From Candidatus Bathyarchaeia archaeon (lineage in GTDB: Archaea; Thermoproteota; Bathyarchaeia; Bathyarchaeales; Bathycorpusculaceae), in the NCBI GenBank assembly GCA_049972525.1, contig JBMFKI010000004.1:15879-79878 (forward strand): a DNA stretch of 64,000 nucleotides. Reading direction: 5' to 3'. The position numbers and the translations under genes were made by a program. Positions 27,860 to 36,177 of this stretch are shown in pieces. Under the pieces are notes generated by a model, which saw only the letters and a list, made by a program, of their open reading frames with translations, ran no database searches and was not told where the DNA came from. The number at the start of each line of letters is the position of its first letter. Positions within the stretch are counted from its first letter, which is position 1.

Positions 27860-30800
27860 TTGGCAACCACCTCCATCTCCTTTAAGACAGCCCTAACCTG
27901 GGCGAGAATCTCCTCAGTTGTGAAGTGCCCGAGGGTTATGGCCTTTGTTGGGCATGCTGTTCCGCAGACTCCGCAGCCCTTACACAAGGCTTCAATCACA
28001 TGGGCAACCACTTTGCCATCTTTCTCCTTCATCTCAATCGCACTGTAGGGGCATAGAAATTCACAGATTCTGCATCCACTACATAAATCTTCATCTACAC
28101 TTGCCACGATTCCTTCCATTTCAAGGGCTTTCTTCGAAAGTATTGTGGCTGCTCTTGCTGCGGCTGCACATGCTTGGGAAATGCTCTCCTCAATGTATTT
28201 TGGCGAGTGAGCCATTCCGCATAGGAAGACACCGTCCGTCTGGAAGTCCACTGGGCGAAGCTTCATGTGCGCCTCCAAGAAGAAGCCATCCTTTGTCAGT
28301 GGCACTTTTAGCATTTCGGCTATGCGCTTATTGTCTGGGTTAGGGATGGTTGCGGCACTTAAAATGACGTAGTCTGGCTCCAACTGAACCTCTTGCTTCA
28401 ATACCGGCTCGCAGAAGGAGACTTTCAGCTTTCCGCCCTCTTTTGTGACTTTTGGCTTGCTTTCGTCTGAATAGTTTATGAAGATGACGCCTTTGGCTGC
28501 TGCCTCCCGGTAGTACTCCTCCTTAAAGCCGTAACTCCTAACATCCTTGTAGAGGACGTAAACATCAACGTCTGGGTTAAGCTCCTTAATCTTCAAAGCG
28601 TTTTTGATGGCTTGCCCACAGCATATACGTGCACAGTTGGGGCGCTCCTCGTTCCTTGCGCCAACACACTGAATCATAACAACTTTTTTGGCTTTGAACT
28701 CGCCTTTGGCAATTTTCTCCTCCAACTCGTGCTGGGTCATGACTCTGGGGTCTTCGCCATACAAGTATTCTTTTGGCTTATACTCAACGGCACCAGTTGC
28801 AACAATGACTACACCATGCTCCACCAGTTTTTCCTCGCCACTGCTCAGCCTTATTTTTGATTTGAAGTTGCCGATGAAACCGCTTACCTCCATAACCTCC
28901 GCGCCTAAATAAACGTGGATAAGCTTGTTTTCCATAACAGCCCTAACAAGCCTCTTCAAGTGCTCCTGTGGGTCTTCGCCCTCAAGCAAGTAATAGATTT
29001 TCCTTAAGTGTCCGCCAAGCTCCTTTTCGCGTTCAACAAGGTGAACCTCAAAGCCTTGGTTGGCTAATTCTAGCGCTGCGGTCATCCCTGAGACCCCACC
29101 ACCAATTACGAGTCCTGCTGGAGTGACATTGACTGTCGGGTTTTTCAGCGGTTTTAGAAGCCTCGCCTTTGCGACGACGGAGCGGACGAGGTCTTTTGCT
29201 TTTTCAGTTGCCGCATCTGGCTCGTGCATGTGAACCCAGCTGCACTGGTCTCGGATGTTTGCCATCTCGAATAGGTATGGGTTTAGGCCAGCCTCTCGGA
29301 GGGTTTCTCTGAAAAGCGGTTCATGGGTTCTTGGCGTGCATGAAGCCACAACAACACGGTTTAGGTTGTACTCCTTAATCTTCTCCCTAATCCGCTTCTG
29401 GGTGTCATCTGAACAAGTGTAAAGGTTATCCTCGGCATAAACAACATTCGGAAGCTTTTTGGCGTATTCTACAACTTCTGGAACCCGGACTATTCCGCCT
29501 ATGTTTATGCCGCAGTGGCATATGAAAACGCCTATGCGGGGCTCTTCTTGGCTAACGTCCCGTTCTGGCGGATACTCCTTAACGGTTATGAGCTTGCCAC
29601 GTTCTGGGGCTATTATTGCCATGGCTTTCGCTGCGGCGCCACTCGCTTGGGCAACACTTTCCGGAATATCCTTAGGCGAGCTGAAGGCTCCGCAAACGTA
29701 TATGCCTGGCTTTGAAGTTTCTAGCGGTGTGAAGGTATTGGTTTCGCAGAAGCGGTACTTGTTGAGCTTTATGCCTAAAGCCTTGGCTAGTTTTTCCACG
29801 TCCTTTGGAGGTTGCATTCCGGTGGAGAGCACAACCATGTCGAACTCCTCAACCCGTGGAGTTTCATCCTCTCCAACATAGTGCACAAGCAAGTTGCAGG
29901 TCGCTGGGTCTTCGGTTATGCTGGCAACCCTTGAACGCACAAAATGGATGCCATACTCCTCCTGAGCCCGCTTATAGTAGGCGTCAAACTCCTTACCATA
30001 AGCCCTAATATCCATATAGAAAATCGTACAGTCCAACTTTGTTGGCACGTGTTCTTTGGCTATAATGGCTTCCTTAATGCTGTACATGCAACAAGCAGCA
30101 GAACAATAATTGTTCCCAAGCTGAGCATCCCGAGAACCAACACACTGTACAAAGGCAATTTTTCGTGGAATCTCGCCGTCAGAAGGTCTCAAAACAATCC
30201 CGCCGTAGGGTCCAGAAGCGCTCAGTATGCGTTCGAACTCTATGCTTGTCACAACATTTGCGTATCGCCCATAACCATACTCGCTCTTAAGCCGTGCATC
30301 AAAGGGTTCAAAACCGGGAGCCAAAATCACAGCGCCAACATTTAGAACAATTTCGCTGTCTTTCTGGTCATATTCAACGGCGTTCGCCTTACAAACCTCT
30401 TGACATGTTCTACAACCAATGCATTTTTCGCGGTCTATTTTGAAGCGTAGTGGAACTGCCTGTGGAAATTCGACGTAGACGGCGCTTCTGTCCGTTAACC
30501 CCTTATTGTAGGTGTCTATGGCTTCAACGGGGCATTTTTGTGCACAAAGCCCACAACCATTACATTTTTCCTCGTTTATGTAGCGGCTTCTTTTTCGAAT
30601 CTTCACTTCGAAGTTTCCAGCCTCACCGCTTAAGCCCAGCACTTCGCTGTTCGTAATTAAGGAAATGTTGGGATGCCTCCCAGCAGCAACAAGCTTAGGA
30701 GCCAAAATACACATTGAACAGTCATTTGTTGGAAAAGTCTTGTCCAATTGAGCCATAACACCGCCGATGCTGGGCGACTGGTCAACCATGTACACTTTAA

Positions 30801-30888
30801 AGCCTGAATCAGCCAAGTCTAAGGCCGCCTGTATTCCAGCAACGCCTCCGCCTACAACAAGAACTGCTCCTACTTTTCCTTCAGCCAT
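27856..30888 (-). CDS. hdrA: Tandem-fused HdrA-like flavoprotein (1010 aa, two FAD modules)
   Basis: Module 1: VVGGGVAGIQAALDLA, FPTNDCSMCIL, and an inserted ferredoxin (CNGCGLCAQKCP, CIGCRTCQEVC). Next comes the canonical HdrA N-domain IGVFICHCGINIGG...ASCTPR...DQCSW. Module 2: VIGGGVSGMTAALELA, without the inserted ferredoxin. The C-terminal ferredoxin has CSGCRICEFLCP and CKGCGVCGTACP. Confidence 0.85.
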   Translation of the reverse strand: MAEGKVGAVLVVGGGVAGIQAALDLADSGFKVYMVDQSPSIGGVMAQLDKTFPTNDCSMCILAPKLVAAGRHPNISLITNSEVLGLSGEAGNFEVKIRKRSRYINEEKCNGCGLCAQKCPVEAIDTYNKGLTDRSAVYVEFPQAVPLRFKIDREKCIGCRTCQEVCKANAVEYDQKDSEIVLNVGAVILAPGFEPFDARLKSEYGYGRYANVVTSIEFERILSASGPYGGIVLRPSDGEIPRKIAFVQCVGSRDAQLGNNYCSAACCMYSIKEAIIAKEHVPTKLDCTIFYMDIRAYGKEFDAYYKRAQEEYGIHFVRSRVASITEDPATCNLLVHYVGEDETPRVEEFDMVVLSTGMQPPKDVEKLAKALGIKLNKYRFCETNTFTPLETSKPGIYVCGAFSSPKDIPESVAQASGAAAKAMAIIAPERGKLITVKEYPPERDVSQEEPRIGVFICHCGINIGGIVRVPEVVEYAKKLPNVVYAEDNLYTCSDDTQKRIREKIKEYNLNRVVVASCTPRTHEPLFRETLREAGLNPYLFEMANIRDQCSWVHMHEPDAATEKAKDLVRSVVAKARLLKPLKNPTVNVTPAGLVIGGGVSGMTAALELANQGFEVHLVEREKELGGHLRKIYYLLEGEDPQEHLKRLVRAVMENKLIHVYLGAEVMEVSGFIGNFKSKIRLSSGEEKLVEHGVVIVATGAVEYKPKEYLYGEDPRVMTQHELEEKIAKGEFKAKKVVMIQCVGARNEERPNCARICCGQAIKNALKIKELNPDVDVYVLYKDVRSYGFKEEYYREAAAKGVIFINYSDESKPKVTKEGGKLKVSFCEPVLKQEVQLEPDYVILSAATIPNPDNKRIAEMLKVPLTKDGFFLEAHMKLRPVDFQTDGVFLCGMAHSPKYIEESISQACAAAARAATILSKKALEMEGIVASVDEDLCSGCRICEFLCPYSAIEMKEKDGKVVAHVIEALCKGCGVCGTACPTKAITLGHFTTEEILAQVRAVLKEMEVVAK

Positions 30889-30891
30889 CTT

Positions 30892-31638
30892 TTATCGCAC
30901 CTCCAAAGCCTTATACAATGGTGTGTAACCTTCAACATGGTCTAGGGCTATCATACCCTTCCGTCGCATGTTGGTTATGTGCCTCAAAACGGCAGAGGGC
31001 TTAATCCCAAGAATTTGGGCTAACTCCTTAACAGAGCGTGGCTTAACCCTTGTCAAGTAGTGAATTTTGTAGCGGATGAACTCAGCCCTAACAATATCGT
31101 CCAATAAGGCGTCAAACTCTTCTTCTGATATTTTCTCGCCGTAGGCGTTCATGAATTCGGTTAGCTCTTCTTCTCTCCCCAGTAAAACGCGGAGTCTAAA
31201 GGCTGAGGTTGCCTCCTTAGCCGCTGTGAGGTTAGCTAAAAGCTCCTCCTTCCCCAGTGGAGAGTTTCCAAGCTTCCAAACTTCTTCTGAAAACTCCTTG
31301 GCATAGTGGCTGAAGCCTTTATCCTCCAAAGGTGAAACCAGAAGAAGCTTCAACCTTTCAGGCTCAAGTTCAGCCAAAGCCAACAATTTCTTCAACATTT
31401 TAACTGCTCGTTCCGCATGGAGGTTTCCGTCGACAAAGTGGCAGTCTGGAGGCTTGCATCCGACAAGTAAGATACCATCTGCTCCGTTAATGAAGGTTTC
31501 AAGAACAAGTGCTTGGTCCATTCTCCCAACACACATAACGCGGATAATGTTAACGTTGTATGGAACACGCATTTCTTCTTCGCAGAAAGTCCAGTTGCAC
31601 ATGAAACAAACAATTTTTGGTGGGTTAGAAGACTCCAT
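30892..31638 (-). CDS. MvhD-type domain fused to a C-terminal winged-helix DNA-binding domain
   Basis: The N-terminal 120 aa align with MvhD (IVCFMCNWTFC...VMCVGRMD...VGCKPPDCHF...LEPERL). The C-terminal SVKELAQILGIKPSAVLRHITNMRRKGMIALDHVEGYTPLYKAL has a MarR/ArsR-like wHTH pattern. Confidence 0.65.
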   Translation of the reverse strand: MESSNPPKIVCFMCNWTFCEEEMRVPYNVNIIRVMCVGRMDQALVLETFINGADGILLVGCKPPDCHFVDGNLHAERAVKMLKKLLALAELEPERLKLLLVSPLEDKGFSHYAKEFSEEVWKLGNSPLGKEELLANLTAAKEATSAFRLRVLLGREEELTEFMNAYGEKISEEEFDALLDDIVRAEFIRYKIHYLTRVKPRSVKELAQILGIKPSAVLRHITNMRRKGMIALDHVEGYTPLYKALEVR

Positions 31639-31645
31639 TCCAATT

Positions 31646-33361
31646 TCACCTCTCCATGGCTGTTAAAACCATGGTTAGAATCTGCTCGTTGGAAAGCTTC
31701 TTCATGGTTATGGCTCTTTCTGGGCATCTTGCAGCACACAAGCCGCAGCCCTTGCAAAGCTCCTCGTCCACTTGAGCTACACCCTTCTCATTCTTTTTGA
31801 TGGCGCCAACTGGACATACGACCGCGCAGACGTTGCAGCCCACACACTTGCCCTCGTCAACAACAGCCTTATCGCCCTCGCACAAGTCCATGCTTGCGAG
31901 GCACTCGGCACACGGTCCACATCCCAAACAGCGGAAAGCCTCAAATCTTGCTTGACGCTTCAGCTTTTCAAGATATTCCCTCGCCTCCTCAAAGCTTAAG
32001 TGAGGCTTTTCCAGTGGAGGTTCGTATCTGCGCTCCTTCTTTTTAACGTAACCCCAATTCTTAACCCACGTCGTCTCCTCAATCTTCTCTTCTCTCGCGA
32101 TTCTTGGGTCTTGTCCGCGAAGGTAAAGGTGAATGGAAACCGCCGCTTTTTTGCCTGCTCCAACAGCCTCAATTATGTTTGCTGGTCCAGTAGCCATGTC
32201 GCCTCCAGCGAAAACACCCTTCACGTTTGTTTCCATAGTTGTAAAGTCAACTTTTATTGAAGGCGCTCTTGCCTCTTTGTCTAGGAGTTCTGGCGGCACA
32301 CATGACAATTCTAGAACTTGTCCAAGCGCGGGTATGACCATGTCAACCTCGTACTGATGCTCTGAAAAGCTTATTGGAATTGGCTTTCTTCTTCCGCTTT
32401 TGTCTGGCTCACCGAGCCGCATCCTTAAGCATTCAACAGCCTTAACCTTGCCATTTTCGCCTATTATCTGCTTTGGCGCAACCAAAAAGTAGAATTTAAC
32501 GCCGTCTCTTTCGGCTTCTGCTATCTCATGTGGCAATGCGGGCATTTCCTCGCGTGAGCGCCTATACAATATTATAACTTCTTTTGCACCAAGCTTCTTT
32601 GCGGTTCTCGCCGCGTCTATGGCTGTGTTTCCGCCGCCTATGACGGCAACTCGCTCTCCAACTTTTATTGGCTCGCCGAGCGATATAGCCCTCAAAAAGT
32701 CAACAGCGTTTACTACACCTTCAAGTTCTTCGCCTGGAACGTTCAATTTCATTCCCTTTTGTGTGCCAATTGCAAGGAAAATTGCCTTGTAGCCATCTTT
32801 GCGTAGGCTTTCAAGTGTTATGTCCTTTCCAAATTCCACGCCAGTCTTTATTTCCACGCTCAAATCTTTTATGTAGGCTATTTCATTCGTCACAACAAAC
32901 TTTTCAAGGCGAAAGTTTGGTATGCAGTAGCGCATCATCCCGCCAGGTTCAGCCATCCGCTCAAAAACAGTTACTGGATAACCGAGTTTTGCAAGTTCGT
33001 AGGCTGCTGTTAAGCCCGCTGGTCCAGCGCCTATTATGGCAACTTTTTCGCTGTATTTTTTGGGTATTGGTTCTGGCTTTACGCGACCTTGTTCTCTTTC
33101 AATGTCCGCCACAATTCTTTTTAGTGCACGTATTGCTACTGCTTGGTCAACGTTTGTTCTTGCACATGCGTCTTCGCATGGGCTGAAGCATACGCGTCCG
33201 CAGATTGCTGGGAATGGCATGTCCTTGCGTATGATTTCTACAGCTTCTCTGAATTTGCCTCTTTGAATTAGTGAGACGTATCCTTGAACGTTTACGTGGG
33301 CTGGGCATGCAGAGCGGCATGGCGGTAGTTTCTTTACTTTTGTTTGGTTATTATTTGTCAT
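31646..33361 (-). CDS. GltD/NfnB-like NAD(P)H-binding FAD oxidoreductase with C-terminal 2x[4Fe-4S] ferredoxin domain
   Basis: N-terminus CRSACPAHVNVQGY...ICGRVCFSPCEDAC, then [12 protein letters not shown] and VIGGGNTAIDAA. The C-terminal extension has CLGCGPCAEC, CVGCNVCAVVCP and CKGCGLCAARCP. Confidence 0.8.
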   Translation of the reverse strand: MTNNNQTKVKKLPPCRSACPAHVNVQGYVSLIQRGKFREAVEIIRKDMPFPAICGRVCFSPCEDACARTNVDQAVAIRALKRIVADIEREQGRVKPEPIPKKYSEKVAIIGAGPAGLTAAYELAKLGYPVTVFERMAEPGGMMRYCIPNFRLEKFVVTNEIAYIKDLSVEIKTGVEFGKDITLESLRKDGYKAIFLAIGTQKGMKLNVPGEELEGVVNAVDFLRAISLGEPIKVGERVAVIGGGNTAIDAARTAKKLGAKEVIILYRRSREEMPALPHEIAEAERDGVKFYFLVAPKQIIGENGKVKAVECLRMRLGEPDKSGRRKPIPISFSEHQYEVDMVIPALGQVLELSCVPPELLDKEARAPSIKVDFTTMETNVKGVFAGGDMATGPANIIEAVGAGKKAAVSIHLYLRGQDPRIAREEKIEETTWVKNWGYVKKKERRYEPPLEKPHLSFEEAREYLEKLKRQARFEAFRCLGCGPCAECLASMDLCEGDKAVVDEGKCVGCNVCAVVCPVGAIKKNEKGVAQVDEELCKGCGLCAARCPERAITMKKLSNEQILTMVLTAMER

Positions 33362-33467
33362 TTTTAAATCATCTTAGGAATAATTCTATGAGCCTCTTCG
33401 AATATATTAGTGCATTTACGCTAAAATTGACACATATTTAACATAAAAAGAAAAGGAGAAAAATAGT

Positions 33468-34058
33468 TTATTCTCGAAGTCTTCCTTCAAGTTTGCTTAC
33501 CCATTTATTGTATTCACGGGCGCCCAACAACTTTTTAAGTTCCTGCTCCAGAGTTAGCGAGTTGTTAGGCTTAATTTCCACAATCCATCCTTCGCCGTAT
33601 GGGTCTTCATTAACTAAGTTTGGCTCATTTTTCAGTTTCTCGTTCACTTTAACTATTTTGCCGCTTACTGGTGCATATAGGTCAAACATGAACATCCATG
33701 TTTCTGCAACGCCGAATGGCTCCATATGACTTATTTCCTTTCCAACAGGTTCAGTCATTATGTTCGCTATGCCTTTCAAATGTCTCTGCGCGTAATCTGA
33801 AACGCCCACTCTAATGTTTCCCTCTGGCGTCACCTGTGCCCATGTGTGCTTTGGCGTGTACAGAAGAAGCTCAGGCGTTAAAAGCAATTCCTTTCGTTTT
33901 TCCGCTGGTATCCCCTCCGCACGCATCAGGTCTTCGAGGCGTAGGCGGATTGCTTCTGAAACGAATTCTGATATGCTTCTGTAGCGCCCCGTTTTGATTG
34001 CTTCTTCAATCTGTTTTATTAGTTCTTGTCTTATGCTTACGGTTTTCCATTCAGACAT
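33468..34058 (-). CDS. Ribbon-helix-helix domain fused to a GcvH-like (lipoyl-carrier fold) domain that lacks the lipoyl lysine
   Basis: N-terminus VSIRQELIKQIEEAIKTGRYRSISEFVSEAIRLRLEDL is CopG/RHH-like. The C-terminus YTPKHTWAQV...VGVSDYAQ...GVAETWMFMFDLYAPVSGKIVKVN...EDPYGEGWIVEIK is GcvH-like. M124 (33693-33695) sits where GcvH has the lipoyl Lys (ESVK). The ATG at 34058 lies 9 nt after GGAGGA. The track ORF starts at TTG 34064. Confidence 0.65.
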   Translation of the reverse strand: MSEWKTVSIRQELIKQIEEAIKTGRYRSISEFVSEAIRLRLEDLMRAEGIPAEKRKELLLTPELLLYTPKHTWAQVTPEGNIRVGVSDYAQRHLKGIANIMTEPVGKEISHMEPFGVAETWMFMFDLYAPVSGKIVKVNEKLKNEPNLVNEDPYGEGWIVEIKPNNSLTLEQELKKLLGAREYNKWVSKLEGRLRE

Positions 34059-34064
34059 TTCCAA

Positions 34065-34183
34065 TCATCCTCCTTTACAGCTGAATTATATATAGCATAA
34101 GCGTCAAATATATATCTGGTGCATATATTTTATATTATAGTAAATACAATATATAAATTCAGACGGAAAATAATACATTGAAA
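34065..34183 (-). promoter_or_regulatory. AT-rich intergenic region with four TATATA-type elements upstream of the RHH-GcvH-like gene (candidate promoter/operator)
   Basis: ATATAT(A) cores lie near 34088, 34108, 34123 and 34150. GGAGGA is at 34068-34073 on the minus strand. At least one element is placed to act as the archaeal TATA box. Confidence 0.3.
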
Positions 34184-34456
34184 CTATTCCTTAGATTCCC
34201 TTCCAAAACTTAGCAAATTCCAAACACGCTCATGAAAATAATAAAGAACTGTTTTAAAAACGAGTTCAGATATTCCAACAATGCCGCCTAAAGTCCAGTC
34301 TCCCTTACTAAAGATTACAACCAAAAGAATCGTTGTTAAAGTTGCTACAATTCTCCACGAAATAGTCTTTGCCAAACTTCTAACTGGTTTTTCCAAACTC
34401 AAAATCTCCTCTTCAAAAGTAGAGTATTCAAAACCATAATTAAACTTTTGATGCAC
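34184..34456 (-). CDS. Small membrane protein, DUF2061-like
   Basis: C-terminal SLAKTISWRIVATLTTILLVVIF...GGIVGISELVFKTVLYYFHERVWN resembles DUF2061. The track ORF extends to 34594 but would overlap the divergent gene at 34525. An internal GTG at 34456 is a more plausible start. The start remains uncertain. Confidence 0.45.
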   Translation of the reverse strand: MHQKFNYGFEYSTFEEEILSLEKPVRSLAKTISWRIVATLTTILLVVIFSKGDWTLGGIVGISELVFKTVLYYFHERVWNLLSFGRESKE

Positions 34457-34524
34457 AGAAACAGAAAAATATAGGCCCTGTATAAAAGCATGTACAGTAA
34501 ATACTATATAAACGGTGAAAACTT

Positions 34525-35601
34525 TTGGAAAGTAGAAAAGTACAAAAAGTAGGCTACTCAACCTTAACAGTTTCACTTCCAAGTGAATGGGCAAAACAGA
34601 ATAACATTAACCCAGGAGACCTAGTTTTCATGATGCCTGAAAGGGATGGGACACTAAAGATCATGCCAAGTCAATTTGCACTAAAAGAAGAAGCAGAAGA
34701 ATATGTGATAAATGCTGATGCTTGCGACGAAAATGGAATGCTTGAAAGAATAATTGTTGGAAGTTACATGCTTGGAAGAGACGTTTTAAGGGTTGTATCT
34801 TCAACGAGAATAAGCAAAGTACATGTGGATGAGGTTAGAGGAATCGTTCCTAAACTAATTGGTCTCGGAATTTTGGAGGAAACACCAAAAAGTGTGCTGT
34901 TGCAATGTTCAGTTGACCCGTCAAAATTCAAACTTGACATGCTGATTAGGCGTTTATCCCTAATTGCCTCAACAATACTTTCAGAGGCGATGCAGGCCTT
35001 CCTAGAAGGCAAAGAGGACTTGGCGATCGAAGCCATCAGCCGTGAAGACGAAGCTGATACAATTTATTACCTTGCTGTTCGCCTGTTGCTTTCTGCGCAG
35101 GCTAAACCAGAAATAGCAGAGCAGATAGGTGCGACGGATGTCCTTTTCATTCCGGCAACGAGGCTTATACTCCAATATTTAGAGTTAATCGCAGATTACT
35201 CTGAAGATATAGCCAAAAAAATTGTTGAGCTAAAGATTTACCGTAACAGAATTCCAGCAGACATCGTGCAGAGAATTTACCACATTGGCGAGCTAGCTCA
35301 AACAATCTTTCAGAAAGCCTTAGACTGTATTTTTACGCGAGACCTTCGCGTAGCCAATGGAGTTTTGGAAATGAAGGAGGTTCTAGAAAGAGAGGCTGAA
35401 AGACTAATGCACGAAGCTCCTGAAATTCCATACTTAAGAGCTTACATTTCATGCCTAACAAAAATCGCAGACAAAGGCGCAACGATTGCGGATATAGCCA
35501 TAAACAGAGCCCTTGAGCAGCCTAAGAAAGATGTAGAGAACATTGTCCGCATGGTAAAACATGTGCGCTCAATTCCCTTATCGACGAAAAAGGAACAGTA
35601 A
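34525..35601 (+). CDS. AbrB/SpoVT-domain plus PhoU-repeat regulator (archaeal phosphate-uptake-regulator-like)
   Basis: N-terminus KVQKVGYSTLTVSLPSEWAKQNNINPGDLV follows the AbrB-type swapped-hairpin pattern. Two PhoU-like helical repeats follow. TTG start. Confidence 0.7.
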   Translation: MESRKVQKVGYSTLTVSLPSEWAKQNNINPGDLVFMMPERDGTLKIMPSQFALKEEAEEYVINADACDENGMLERIIVGSYMLGRDVLRVVSSTRISKVHVDEVRGIVPKLIGLGILEETPKSVLLQCSVDPSKFKLDMLIRRLSLIASTILSEAMQAFLEGKEDLAIEAISREDEADTIYYLAVRLLLSAQAKPEIAEQIGATDVLFIPATRLILQYLELIADYSEDIAKKIVELKIYRNRIPADIVQRIYHIGELAQTIFQKALDCIFTRDLRVANGVLEMKEVLEREAERLMHEAPEIPYLRAYISCLTKIADKGATIADIAINRALEQPKKDVENIVRMVKHVRSIPLSTKKEQ

Positions 35602-35689
35602 AAATTGCTTCATTTATGATTTAGTTTTGACACAAGAAGCCTTAAGTGCATGTATGTAAATATTGTAAATATGGAGAGGCTTGAGATAG

Positions 35690-36157
35690 ATGAGTAGTTT
35701 TGAGGAAGCCCTCCGAAATATAGATGTTTTCTGCAGAGTTTTAGTGAAGAAGATTGCTGAAAGCGAGGAAGATAAAAGCGACATCCTTGTGGAGCCTATG
35801 GAGAAGCTCCTTTACAAGAAATACATAATAAGCGAACAAGTAGAACCAAGTCCAGCGAAACATTTAATTCCGCTGCCACAACTTGAGGAACCTCTCATAG
35901 ATGTTTTTGAGGATGAAAGCTACGTTAAAATTCTAATACAGTGTAGATGCAAGGATCAAAAGATAACGGTTCACATGGATGTGGACGGTATAGAAATCTG
36001 CAACAAAGTATGCCATAAAAGGGATGATGGAAACGAAGTTTGCGTTGACGAGTGTAGGAAGTTAACGCTTCCAGTTGAACACTTGAAAATTGAGAGCATG
36101 ATTACAAAGTGCAATAATAATGAAGCATTTGAAATAGAAATTCCAAAAGGAAACTGA
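35690..36157 (+). CDS. Hypothetical Cys-rich protein with possible Hsp20/alpha-crystallin-like core
   Basis: EPLIDVFEDESYVKILIQ...ITVHMDVDGIEI...LTLPVEHL...NNNEAFEIEIPK loosely follows the ACD strand pattern, with a Cys-rich insert (CNKVCH...CVDEC). Confidence 0.3.
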   Translation: MSSFEEALRNIDVFCRVLVKKIAESEEDKSDILVEPMEKLLYKKYIISEQVEPSPAKHLIPLPQLEEPLIDVFEDESYVKILIQCRCKDQKITVHMDVDGIEICNKVCHKRDDGNEVCVDECRKLTLPVEHLKIESMITKCNNNEAFEIEIPKGN

Positions 36158-36177
36158 TAGAGTTTAAGCGTATTGCC

